Origin: Candidatus Micrarchaeota archaeon
Lineage (GTDB): Archaea; Micrarchaeota; Micrarchaeia; Anstonellales; Anstonellaceae
DNA: 64,000 bases
NCBI GenBank assembly: GCA_026413765.1
Contig: JAOAKI010000004.1
Span: forward strand, 33,513-97,512
Direction: 5' to 3'
Position 1 is the stretch's first letter. Every line of letters starts with the position of its first letter. Position numbers and translations under genes: made by a program. The notes beneath the pieces are model-generated. The model searched no databases and was not told the origin of the DNA. It worked only from the letters and a program-made list of their open reading frames with translations. This document shows, piece after piece, positions 28,729-37,471 of the stretch.

Positions 28729-29259
28729 TTACCAGCTCTTTTCATCAATTTTCTTTCTGCTTCTTGCGTCATCAACAATCGAAAGCCAAGAGTCGCCTAT
28801 CTTGGTCAGATAATTGCCAAAAGTCTTGGAAAGAGAAATTATCATCGGGCGGAATTTCCTTTTGCTTTCAACCGCAACCACTGTCTCCCTTTCCACTTTG
28901 ACCATCCCTATCCTTTTCAGCCTCGGCAGGACTCGATTGTAGAAGGTTGCCTTTGAGATTCCTTGCGTTGCCACAAACCTGCCAGTCTCCTCGCCGCTCA
29001 AGCTCAGCTTTTCCAGCAGCAGCTTGAGAAATGCGCATGCGGTCTGATTGTATTTTTGCTGGTATCTTTTCGGAAACACAAAATTCACGACTTCTTCAAG
29101 CGACCAGATGTTTCTTGTAGGGTTCTCGTTGCTGTCCTGGAAAGCTCTCAATTCGGGCGAGTTGTGCGGCGGAAGGTAAAAAGAGTCTTTGGAAGGTATC
29201 CCTCTTGACGCAATCATCCGCCCAATTTTTTGCGGCTCTTTGGGGGCATCTTCTTCCAT
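28729..29259 (-). CDS. Hypothetical protein, probable winged-helix
   Basis: GISKATFYNRVLPRLKRIGMV resembles a wHTH recognition helix and wing. Confidence 0.6.
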   Translation of the reverse strand: MEEDAPKEPQKIGRMIASRGIPSKDSFYLPPHNSPELRAFQDSNENPTRNIWSLEEVVNFVFPKRYQQKYNQTACAFLKLLLEKLSLSGEETGRFVATQGISKATFYNRVLPRLKRIGMVKVERETVVAVESKRKFRPMIISLSKTFGNYLTKIGDSWLSIVDDARSRKKIDEKSW

Positions 29260-29299
29260 CGGAAACCAATTGCGCGCTCATCTTTTAAATCCATTTCAT

Positions 29300-30727
29300 T
29301 TACCTCAAAACCCATGGGAACAGGTTGAGCAAGAAAGCCGCAATAACAATGAAAACTATCGCATTCTGCACGAGCTTGTCTCTTATTGCAGTCCTCATTA
29401 TATGGTAGCCGTCAAAGAGAGGGATTGGGACAAGATTCATCGCGGCAATTACAAAATTGAGAGCAAATGCAAGCAAGAGGAATTTCAAAACTGAAGCTAT
29501 CCATTCAAAGGATGGCGCATAACGGATTGCCCCCTCTATGCCCTTCTTGTCTGCACGCACATAGGTTATTCCAAGGCTGCCTTTGGAATCAGTTTTCTTC
29601 TTGAAGACGCCGTGGCTTGTCTTTATTGTGTATACGGTCTCCGGCTTCAATTTCATCCCAAGAAGGGTGGCGACAGGCTTTCCGTTTATTTCTTGCACAA
29701 CCGCGCCCGCAGGTATCACTCCATCGCTTTTCTCAACATAAATCCCGCTTATCCGAAAAGGGTCGGTTGCTAAATGGGCGATGAAAAACACGCCTAAAAA
29801 TGCAACCGAAGCCAAGAAATTGCCGGCAACTCCTGCAACCAGCACTGAGTTTTGGCTCTCTTTTTTCTCTTTGAACAACTTTTTTTCGTCAACATCGACA
29901 AAAGCCCCAACAGGCAAAAAGCCAAACATCGCCACTCCTGCGGATTTTATCGGCATCCTGTGCCTTGCGGCAAGAATCCCGTGCATTCCCTCATGCACCA
30001 CTAAAACAACCACTAGCGCAGCAATCCCTTCAAAAAAAGGCAAGTTTATCCCAGGAATTATCGGCGTCCCTCCTGGGGCAGTGGCTGCAAGATGGGCGTG
30101 ATCGCCCAACAAAGCACTGATTATCGACCAGCCTACATTTATGCCATATACCACTATGCTTACTGTCGTAAGAAGCGCAATGCCGCCAAGGATGAGTAAA
30201 ATGAAGAACAGTTGCCTGCTGTACTCGAATTGCTCAACTGTTTGGCTCATTCTGGTCTTTGCGGTGCTGAATTCCTCTCCGCCGCTGAGCATCGAAAGCA
30301 AAGCTGCAATTGCAAGAGGCGCAATGAAGGTGGAAATCGTCACCAGCAACACAGTTCCGATGCCATAGACCGTCAAAAAATGTTTCAGATTTGCCTCTTT
30401 CTTCCCCATCAAAAAATGCGCAAAAGAGCCATATCCAATCACCATGCCTATTTCTGCAACTGTCTGCCACAGCTTGTGTTTTGAAAGGTGCTCTATCTCT
30501 CTTAGCCCCCACTTGCTGCGCAGCAAAAAAAGCCCGCCCCACCCTTCCAGCCCATATGCAGTGGCAATTATCAGGCCGCATATCGAAAGGATGATGACGC
30601 TTGCCAAGAACTTTACAGTCGCAGAAAGCGGCGATTGGATGACAAGAAGAAAAGCAACCAGTGCGGCAACAACAGAGGCTAGCGCAAATGCCGCCTTTGT
30701 TGTAGTTTCTGCGCACATGCCATTCAT
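29300..30727 (-). CDS. Site-2 protease (M50) intramembrane metalloprotease with PDZ-like insert
   Basis: VHEGMHG, GAFVD, AGVAGN, NLVPIPLFDGYH. Confidence 0.92.
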   Translation of the reverse strand: MNGMCAETTTKAAFALASVVAALVAFLLVIQSPLSATVKFLASVIILSICGLIIATAYGLEGWGGLFLLRSKWGLREIEHLSKHKLWQTVAEIGMVIGYGSFAHFLMGKKEANLKHFLTVYGIGTVLLVTISTFIAPLAIAALLSMLSGGEEFSTAKTRMSQTVEQFEYSRQLFFILLILGGIALLTTVSIVVYGINVGWSIISALLGDHAHLAATAPGGTPIIPGINLPFFEGIAALVVVLVVHEGMHGILAARHRMPIKSAGVAMFGFLPVGAFVDVDEKKLFKEKKESQNSVLVAGVAGNFLASVAFLGVFFIAHLATDPFRISGIYVEKSDGVIPAGAVVQEINGKPVATLLGMKLKPETVYTIKTSHGVFKKKTDSKGSLGITYVRADKKGIEGAIRYAPSFEWIASVLKFLLLAFALNFVIAAMNLVPIPLFDGYHIMRTAIRDKLVQNAIVFIVIAAFLLNLFPWVLR

Positions 30728-30777
30728 GCCTCAGCAAAACAATAAAAAACGTATGTTGGATTTTGTAATTGGTTACT

Positions 30778-31227
30778 ATGGAATGCGAAATATGCGGGCA
30801 AGAAGGTGCGCCCTATCTTGTTTTGGTTGAAGGCGCAAAACTGAGGGTGTGCCGCGAATGCAGCCTTTCGGGAAAGATAATTTATGCCCCTCCGGAGCCG
30901 GCAAGGCAAGCAGAGCAAACCGCCTTTGCCAAAGAAGAAGTTGAAATAGTCGACGGCTATGGCAAATTGATCATGGAGGCGCGCAAAAAGCTTGGCATAC
31001 CTCTTGAGGTGCTGGCTGAAAAAATAAATGAAAAAGCTTCTTTTCTTGAGCGCATCGAGCACGAAAAGACACTGCCAAACGAGAAGCTTTGCAGAAAACT
31101 GGAAAAAGAGCTTGGCATAACGCTTCTTGTCAGCTCAACTGAAGCTGCTTCGGCAGGGGGCCAAGTTAGGCAAAAAGAGCTCACCTTGGGCGACATAATC
31201 GAAATAGAGCATAAGAAAAAGAAATAG
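30778..31227 (+). CDS. Archaeal multiprotein bridging factor aMBF1
   Basis: CEICG..EGAKLRVCREC zinc ribbon plus Cro-HTH plus LTLGD tail. Confidence 0.93.
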   Translation: MECEICGQEGAPYLVLVEGAKLRVCRECSLSGKIIYAPPEPARQAEQTAFAKEEVEIVDGYGKLIMEARKKLGIPLEVLAEKINEKASFLERIEHEKTLPNEKLCRKLEKELGITLLVSSTEAASAGGQVRQKELTLGDIIEIEHKKKK

Positions 31228-31235
31228 GTGGAAAT

Positions 31236-32456
31236 TTGTTCAATCAAGTCTTTGCTTCATTGCGCTCTTTCTTAGCAGACCCTTTCAATAGAGTGCTTGT
31301 CATCTTTGCGCTGATTTTGGGAGTAGCTGCTTTGGTGCTTGAGCCATCAGTGGCGCAGCTTCCATCTAGCTCTCCATCGAATGGGACATTTTACCATTTC
31401 TTTTATCTGTCTTCTTGCCCGCATTGCCATGAGCAAATGAATGAGCTTCATCCTGCTTTGCAAAAAGAGTTCAATCTTACTATTGCTTATCATGAGGTTT
31501 CAATGCCAGTAGAAAAAGAGATTTTTGAGTCGGTGCGCAAAAGCGCAGGCTTGTCTGGCTCGGTTCCAACGACGCTTGTCGGCAACAGGACTTTTGTCGG
31601 CTATTCGGACAAAACCGCAAAAGAAATAAAATTGGCAGTAGAAGAGTGCATCAAGTCCGGCTGCTCTGACCCTCTTGCCAATCTGTCAGGAAATCTGACT
31701 CAAAATCAGCAATATGTTTTTGACTTGCCGATTTTAGGGCAGGTCGATGGAAAGACCGCTTCGCTGCCAATTTTGGCAGTCGTGCTTGGCTTGATTGACG
31801 GCTTCAATCCATGCGCAATGTGGGTTCTTGTATACCTGATATCGCTGACGATGACAATGAACGACAGAAAAAGGATTTTCCTGGTTGTTGGCTCGTTTGT
31901 CTTTGCTTCCGGCGTGCTCTATTTCCTGTTCATGACTGCATGGCTTAATGCATTTTTGTTTGTCGGGTATCTGCGGCCAGTGACTGTGCTAGTGGGCACT
32001 GTTGCAATTGTTGGCGGAGTTCTGAACGTGAAGCAGTATTGGGAATCGCGAAAAGAGGGCTTGAAATGCGAAGTTGTCGACCCCAAGCAGCATGCAAAAA
32101 TAGCAAGCCAGGCGCAATCAATCGCAACTGCTCCAATCACGCTCTCACTGCTTTTTTCCATAATTCTGCTTGCTTTCGTAGTCAATTCGGTGGAGTTTGT
32201 ATGCTCTTCAGCAATCCCTGCGGTTTTCACTCAGATTCTTGCATTGCAGAACCTTTCAGCGCTTGAATATTATTTTTACATCCTGCTTTATGACTTCTTT
32301 TTCATGCTGGATGACATGATCATTTTCGGCATGGCAGCATTCACGATTTCCGGCTCGGTTGGCGAAAAATACGCGCAGCTGTGCAAGCTTGCCGGCGGTG
32401 CCCTGCTGGTCTTGCTTGGAGCAATTCTCCTTTTCTTCCCTAAAGCGCTCTGGTAA
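31236..32456 (+). CDS. Thioredoxin/glutaredoxin domain fused to a DsbD/CcdA-like membrane domain
   Basis: CPHC and SVPT; DGFNPCAMWVL and VEFVCSSAIP TM cysteine motifs. Confidence 0.85.
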   Translation: MFNQVFASLRSFLADPFNRVLVIFALILGVAALVLEPSVAQLPSSSPSNGTFYHFFYLSSCPHCHEQMNELHPALQKEFNLTIAYHEVSMPVEKEIFESVRKSAGLSGSVPTTLVGNRTFVGYSDKTAKEIKLAVEECIKSGCSDPLANLSGNLTQNQQYVFDLPILGQVDGKTASLPILAVVLGLIDGFNPCAMWVLVYLISLTMTMNDRKRIFLVVGSFVFASGVLYFLFMTAWLNAFLFVGYLRPVTVLVGTVAIVGGVLNVKQYWESRKEGLKCEVVDPKQHAKIASQAQSIATAPITLSLLFSIILLAFVVNSVEFVCSSAIPAVFTQILALQNLSALEYYFYILLYDFFFMLDDMIIFGMAAFTISGSVGEKYAQLCKLAGGALLVLLGAILLFFPKALW

Positions 32457-32497
32457 GCTTTATATTTTTTGCAAAATTTTGTTTAGCAGGTGATCTT

Positions 32498-32833
32498 TTG
32501 GGGTGCTTCATCGTTCCTACAATTGTTGGGATTGGAGTCTATGCCGCACGCAAGAAACTTCCTGCATGGCTGCATTGTGAGTGGCTTTTTGCTATGACAA
32601 TTGGCGGAGCAGTTGGACTGACTGTTGAGCATATCGCCCATGGCGAGATTGTCCCTTGGCCTCCGTTTTTCACAGCCGCATCCAACCCGCAGCAGCTTGC
32701 CGTTCTGCTTGATGAGCTGCTTTATGTAGGGGTTCCAATGGCAATTGCCCTTGTTTTAGCATGGTTGACTCTAGTGGTCGCATACAACATCTTCTCATCC
32801 AAAAAGCCAGTAAAGCAATTCGTTGGGAGCTGA
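32498..32833 (+). CDS. Hypothetical membrane protein
   Basis: RBS AGGTG; 3 TM segments; EHIAHGEIVPWPPFFTA. Confidence 0.7.
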   Translation: MGCFIVPTIVGIGVYAARKKLPAWLHCEWLFAMTIGGAVGLTVEHIAHGEIVPWPPFFTAASNPQQLAVLLDELLYVGVPMAIALVLAWLTLVVAYNIFSSKKPVKQFVGS

Positions 32834-32837
32834 TTTC

Positions 32838-33143
32838 ATGTGGCTTGTCCCAATCCTGGGCGCTGCTGCCATCTCTTTTTTGCTGTTTGCCCTTTTGCCA
32901 CAACAGCGCAAGAGATACCGCCTGGGTCTACTTTCTTTAATGCTTTTTGGGCTTTCTTTGCTGGTTTTTGCCGACAAATTTTTCAGCATGCAGCCTGGCG
33001 AGCCTTTCCTCGAAGAAAAAACAGATGGGATTATTGAGAACACATTTGTCTTGGGATTACTGATGCTTGCTCCGGTTGTTGCGGTCTGGCTTTTTGCGAC
33101 ATTCACCCAAGCTGGAAAGAAAGTTTTTTCGTTTGATTTCTAA
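32838..33143 (+). CDS. Hypothetical membrane protein
   Basis: 3 TM segments, co-oriented with the previous gene. Confidence 0.6.
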   Translation: MWLVPILGAAAISFLLFALLPQQRKRYRLGLLSLMLFGLSLLVFADKFFSMQPGEPFLEEKTDGIIENTFVLGLLMLAPVVAVWLFATFTQAGKKVFSFDF

Positions 33144-33226
33144 GAACGCGCGCGTTCTTATCTGGCCGTTGCATATAAAAAATTTTTTTTCGTATTGCTC
33201 ATATCTTGCTGTCCTTGGTGGTATCT

Positions 33227-34198
33227 ATGGCAGGTGAGATTAGCCGATTTATGGAAAGGAATTTCAAGCATTTCAATGCAGCTGCCCTCATGGATGCTGC
33301 AAGGGCATATCGCAAGCACATTGATGAAGGCGGAAAAATGATGTTTGCAATTGCAGGAGCAATGAGCACCGCCGAGCTTGGAATTTCGCTTGCCGAAATG
33401 ATAAGAAAAGGCAAAGTCCACGCCATCTCATGCACAGGAGCAAATTTGGAAGAGGATATTTTCAACCTTGTAGCCCACAAGCACTACAAAAGAATCCCCA
33501 ACTACCGCTATCTGAGCGCAGATGAAGAAAAGAAGCTTTATGAAGAAGGTTACAATAGGGTGACCGACACCTGCATTCCTGAAGAGGAAGCTATGCGAAG
33601 GGTTGAAAGCGCGCTTCTGAAAATATGGCAGAAAGATGAGAAAAAAGGCGTACAGAGGCTGCCTCATGAATCAATGTACGAACTTTTGCTGTCTGGCGAG
33701 CTTGAGCGCTATTATGAAATTGACCCAAAAGACAGCTGGGTGATGGAAGCCGCAAAAAAGAACTTGCCGCTTTTTGTCCCAGGCTGGGAAGACTCAACGC
33801 TTGGCAACATGTTTGTCTCACAATACCTCAAAAAGAATCTTTCCAGCCTCTCGTTTATGAAATCGGGCCTCTTTTACATGGAAGAACTGGTCAAATGGTA
33901 CAAAAAAGAGTCCGCAAAGCACAAAATCGGCTTTTTCCAGATCGGCGGCGGCATTGCCGGGGACTTTCCGATTTGCGTAGTTCCCCTCATCATCCAAGAC
34001 CTCAAAGAAAATGTCCCATTCTGGAGTTATTTCTGCCAGATTTCAGACTCAACGACTAGCTATGGGAGCTATTCGGGTGCAGTCCCAAACGAAAAGATAA
34101 CATGGGGAAAGCTGGATAAAGATACTCCGCGCTTCATCATTGAGTCTGACGCAACAATCGTGGCGCCGTTGATTTTTGCTTATGTGCTTGGATGGTAG
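33227..34198 (+). CDS. Deoxyhypusine synthase family protein (bacterial-like subtype)
   Basis: AGAMSTAELG, TGANLEED, GGGIAGDFPIC, SYSGAVPNEKITWGK (active Lys). Confidence 0.92.
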   Translation: MAGEISRFMERNFKHFNAAALMDAARAYRKHIDEGGKMMFAIAGAMSTAELGISLAEMIRKGKVHAISCTGANLEEDIFNLVAHKHYKRIPNYRYLSADEEKKLYEEGYNRVTDTCIPEEEAMRRVESALLKIWQKDEKKGVQRLPHESMYELLLSGELERYYEIDPKDSWVMEAAKKNLPLFVPGWEDSTLGNMFVSQYLKKNLSSLSFMKSGLFYMEELVKWYKKESAKHKIGFFQIGGGIAGDFPICVVPLIIQDLKENVPFWSYFCQISDSTTSYGSYSGAVPNEKITWGKLDKDTPRFIIESDATIVAPLIFAYVLGW

Positions 34199-34231
34199 AT
34201 GATTTAAAACCTGTTTTGAAATGAGTTTTTT

Positions 34232-35257
34232 ATGGGCGTCGATCTTGGGGAAGTCCCAAAAAAACAAGCAACAATCGAGTCGTTAGGTGGAAAAACATTT
34301 GCAGTTGACGCCTACAACACGATTTACCAGTTTCTCTCTTCGATCCGGCAGCCTGACGGAACGCCTCTGAAAGACTTGAATGGGAACCCAACCGGGCACC
34401 TTGCTGGAATCTTTTACCGGAATTGCCGCTTGCTTGAAAACGGAATTCGCCCGATCTATGTTTTTGATGGCCAGCCACCTTCATTCAAGCAGGCAGAATT
34501 GCAGGAAAGAGACATGCGAAAGGCGGAAGCTGAAGCCCGATGGGTTGCTGCACTTGAAAAAGGCGAGCTGGAAGAAGCCCGCAAAGCTGCACAGGCAACT
34601 TCCCGCATTTCACAAAAAATTGTCCAAGAGTCCAAAGAGCTGCTCTCTTTCATGGGCATTCCAGTTGTCCAGGCTCCTTCAGAAGGCGAAGCTCAGGCTG
34701 CTCAGCTTGTTTTGGAAGGCAGCGCAACTGCAGTTGCTTCGCAGGACATGGATTGCCTGCTTTTCGGGGCGCCAACATTGCTCCGAAATCTTTCTTTGGG
34801 CGGAAGAAGAAAATTGCCTGGCAGAGACGAGTGGGTCGAAGTCCAGCCAGAGATTATCGAGCTTTCGGACGTGCTTTCTTTTTTTGGCATAAGCAGACAG
34901 CAGCTCATCTGGGTCGGGCTGCTTGTTGGCACCGACTTTAATGAAGGAATAAAGGGCATAGGGCCGAAGAAAGCCCTCAAGCTGGTGAAAGATGCAAAAA
35001 GCCTTGATGAAGTTTTGCAAAAAATAGGCGCCCGCGATCTTTTGCCGATTTTCGAATCAGCTGAGCGCTTTTTTCTTGACCCTCCAGTGGAAAGAGGGGT
35101 GAAAATAAAGTTCGGAAAATTCGACAAAGATGGGATAGTCGATTTCTTGTGCCGCAAGCACGATTTTTCTGAAGACAGGGTCTTGAAAAGCGCTTTGCTT
35201 GCTGAAAAAAAGCTCAAAGAACGCGCCAGCCAGACAAGGCTAGACAGCTGGAGCTAG
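34232..35257 (+). CDS. fen: Flap endonuclease 1
   Basis: MGVDL, DAYNTIYQFLSSIRQPDG, APSEGEAQ, GTDFNEG, PIP box QTRLDSW. Confidence 0.98.
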   Translation: MGVDLGEVPKKQATIESLGGKTFAVDAYNTIYQFLSSIRQPDGTPLKDLNGNPTGHLAGIFYRNCRLLENGIRPIYVFDGQPPSFKQAELQERDMRKAEAEARWVAALEKGELEEARKAAQATSRISQKIVQESKELLSFMGIPVVQAPSEGEAQAAQLVLEGSATAVASQDMDCLLFGAPTLLRNLSLGGRRKLPGRDEWVEVQPEIIELSDVLSFFGISRQQLIWVGLLVGTDFNEGIKGIGPKKALKLVKDAKSLDEVLQKIGARDLLPIFESAERFFLDPPVERGVKIKFGKFDKDGIVDFLCRKHDFSEDRVLKSALLAEKKLKERASQTRLDSWS

Positions 35258-35919
35258 CATGGAGTGTTGTCCACCACTTCAACCGTCACTTCCGCATTGT
35301 CTGCCAGTCCAAGCTTTTTGCGCAAATTGAAGGGCGAAATTATCTCAAGAGTCCTCAAACCATGCAAGCTCCTTTCCGGGAAAATTATTGCTCCTGGCAA
35401 TCCGCTGATTGAGCATCGGTATGCATCTATTTTGCCAAATGTTCTTTGCTCACCTTTTTTTCCTGCTTTGAACCCTTCAATCACTATCGGCTCTCTTTCG
35501 CGCAGCTGGAGCCTCTTTTCGATTTCCTCTCCTTCAATTGTTATGTTCAGCGTGCCAGGGTAGGGCTCAAAACACAGCTTCTTCTTGATTTGCTCAAAAT
35601 AGCCTTTCTGCTTGACATAATATGCCCCTTCGCCCAAGCCGCTGGCGACTTTTCCATGAAAGATCAAAGTTGAGCCTTTCAAGAGCTGGTTTATCTCGAC
35701 TATTATCTTTCTTATCTGCTTCAGCGAAGCTTGAGTGACCAAGATGCGCCCTTTTTCTCTTACAATCTGGCCTTCCTTTTCAAGCTCAATCAGTTTCCTA
35801 CTTGCGGTCTGCTGCGAAACGCCGACCGCCTCGGCTATCTGGCCAGTTGTAATTTTTTGAGGCTCTTGGTGCGCGCCCATCTTCAGCAGATATATTAATA
35901 TCTCTGATATCATGTTCAT
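35254..35919 (-). CDS. ribK: CTP-dependent riboflavin kinase with N-terminal wHTH (RbkR type)
   Basis: SQQTASRKL (HTH), SGLGEGAYY, PYPGTLN, LEIISPFNLR. Confidence 0.92.
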   Translation of the reverse strand: MNMISEILIYLLKMGAHQEPQKITTGQIAEAVGVSQQTASRKLIELEKEGQIVREKGRILVTQASLKQIRKIIVEINQLLKGSTLIFHGKVASGLGEGAYYVKQKGYFEQIKKKLCFEPYPGTLNITIEGEEIEKRLQLREREPIVIEGFKAGKKGEQRTFGKIDAYRCSISGLPGAIIFPERSLHGLRTLEIISPFNLRKKLGLADNAEVTVEVVDNTPC

Positions 35920-35972
35920 CAATCTTGATTAGACAATTTATGTTTTAATTCTTTTTGTTGCTTAGTTTCTTC

Positions 35973-36030
35973 GGCCTGTGATGATATGAACAACCGCTGA
36001 TTTATGATGTGGTTAACAGCGGCTGAGGTC
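35973..36030 (+). ncRNA. Box C/D guide sRNA
   Basis: C GTGATGA, 12-nt guide, D' CTGA, C' ATGATGT, 12-nt guide, D CTGA; terminal stem GGCC/GGTC; intergenic. Confidence 0.85.
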
Positions 36031-36085
36031 ACAAGAGCGCTGGAAGTGTTTTAAATCCATAAGGCTCTTTTTTGTTGGTGCATTT

Positions 36086-36877
36086 ATGCTTGTTGAGGAG
36101 ATTATAGAAAAGCTTCAAATTGTGCCGACCGATAAACTTCGCCCGCATGAAGAAATCATCCCTTACAACTTCCAAAAATTGAGGGAAGCAATGCTTAACA
36201 TGGGCCGTTTGGTGGATCCAATCATAATCGATACAAAAACATTTGTTGTTCTTGACGGCAACCATCGCAGAAAAGTTCTTGAATCTATAAAATGCCCAAA
36301 TGCCGCTTGCCAGCTTGTTGACTATTTTAGCCCCGAAATCACAGTCGGGAGTTGGTTTCCTGTTTCAAAGACTATCCGAATTGAAGATGTTCCATTCAAG
36401 CCAGAGCCGGTTGATTTTGAGGAAGGGCTCAAAGCGCTACAAAACTTGGAAGCAACATTCATGTATGTAAGAAGCGCAAATGGCTCAAAGGAGTGCTTCA
36501 TTTATGATTCGGCCGAGCGCAAGCTTGCAAACGTGATCGCAAACCAGCGTGCCTTCATTTCTGCGCTTGAAGGAAAAGAAGTGCAATATGTCCCAGATGA
36601 CAAAGTTGATGAATACCTTGCAAAGGGCTATTGCGCATTTTACCGGCGCGCCTACACAAAACAAGAGATAATCTCAGAAGCGATGGCAGGCAGAGTGATG
36701 CCCCCAAAAAGCACCCGCCACATGATACCAAACAGAATCATCCGCCTTAATCTCCACCTTGGCTGGCTTGCCGAATCTCAAGAAGTTGCAAAGCAGATGA
36801 TGGATGACATGCTCCGCCGTCGCTTGAACGAAGGCTCGATAAGAAGATACACAGAGACGGTGATTGTTCTTTACTGA
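36086..36877 (+). CDS. ParB/Srx-fold protein, ADP-dependent serine kinase (SerK)-like
   Basis: LRPHEE, LDGNHR, VDYFS..V.SW.P, TKQEI...PPKSTRH match the SerK family layout. Confidence 0.75.
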   Translation: MLVEEIIEKLQIVPTDKLRPHEEIIPYNFQKLREAMLNMGRLVDPIIIDTKTFVVLDGNHRRKVLESIKCPNAACQLVDYFSPEITVGSWFPVSKTIRIEDVPFKPEPVDFEEGLKALQNLEATFMYVRSANGSKECFIYDSAERKLANVIANQRAFISALEGKEVQYVPDDKVDEYLAKGYCAFYRRAYTKQEIISEAMAGRVMPPKSTRHMIPNRIIRLNLHLGWLAESQEVAKQMMDDMLRRRLNEGSIRRYTETVIVLY

Positions 36878-36892
36878 ATGTGGTTGGTTCGA

Positions 36893-37447
36893 ATGGCTCT
36901 CTTGCAGTCTGAGCAAAAATTGAAGGCTGGGGACCCTGCTCCTGCTTTTTTGCTCAAAGGGGTAGATGGAAAAATGCACTCCTTGCAAGACTATTTTGGT
37001 GCAAAGGCGTTCTTAGTTGTCTTCATGTGCAACCATTGCCCGTATGTCAAGGCAAAATTCTCAAGGCTCAACCAGATTTACGAAAAATACTTTCCTCTTG
37101 GGCTCAAGATGGTTGGAATCAACCCAAACGATGCGCAGCAATATCCTGAGGACTCGTTTGAAAACATGAAAAGAGTAGCGGCTGAGCAAAAGTTCAAGTT
37201 TGATTACCTTTACGATGAAACGCAAGAAGTCGCAAAAGCATACGGCGCGGTCTGCACTCCTGACCCATTCTTGTTTGATTCGCAGTTCAGGCTTGCTTAT
37301 CATGGGAGATTGGATGACGCCCTTTCTCCTGACAAGACTCCAACAAAATTTGAAATGGAGCGCGCAATAGATGCTGTCTTGGCAGGGAAAAAGCCACCCC
37401 ATGATTTCCTCTATTCTCAAGGCTGCTCAATAAAATGGAAAATTTGA
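36893..37447 (+). CDS. Thioredoxin-fold AhpC/TSA-like protein
   Basis: FMCNHCPYV, YPEDSFENMK, GAVCTPDPF, YHGRLDD, GCSIKW. Confidence 0.92.
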   Translation: MALLQSEQKLKAGDPAPAFLLKGVDGKMHSLQDYFGAKAFLVVFMCNHCPYVKAKFSRLNQIYEKYFPLGLKMVGINPNDAQQYPEDSFENMKRVAAEQKFKFDYLYDETQEVAKAYGAVCTPDPFLFDSQFRLAYHGRLDDALSPDKTPTKFEMERAIDAVLAGKKPPHDFLYSQGCSIKWKI

Positions 37448-37471
37448 TTTGAATTGCCAGGTTTTCTGAAA

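Noticed and set aside
36086-36877. ParB partition protein marking a plasmid or provirus
   Set aside because: No HTH, no parA, and SerK-type C-terminal motifs are present
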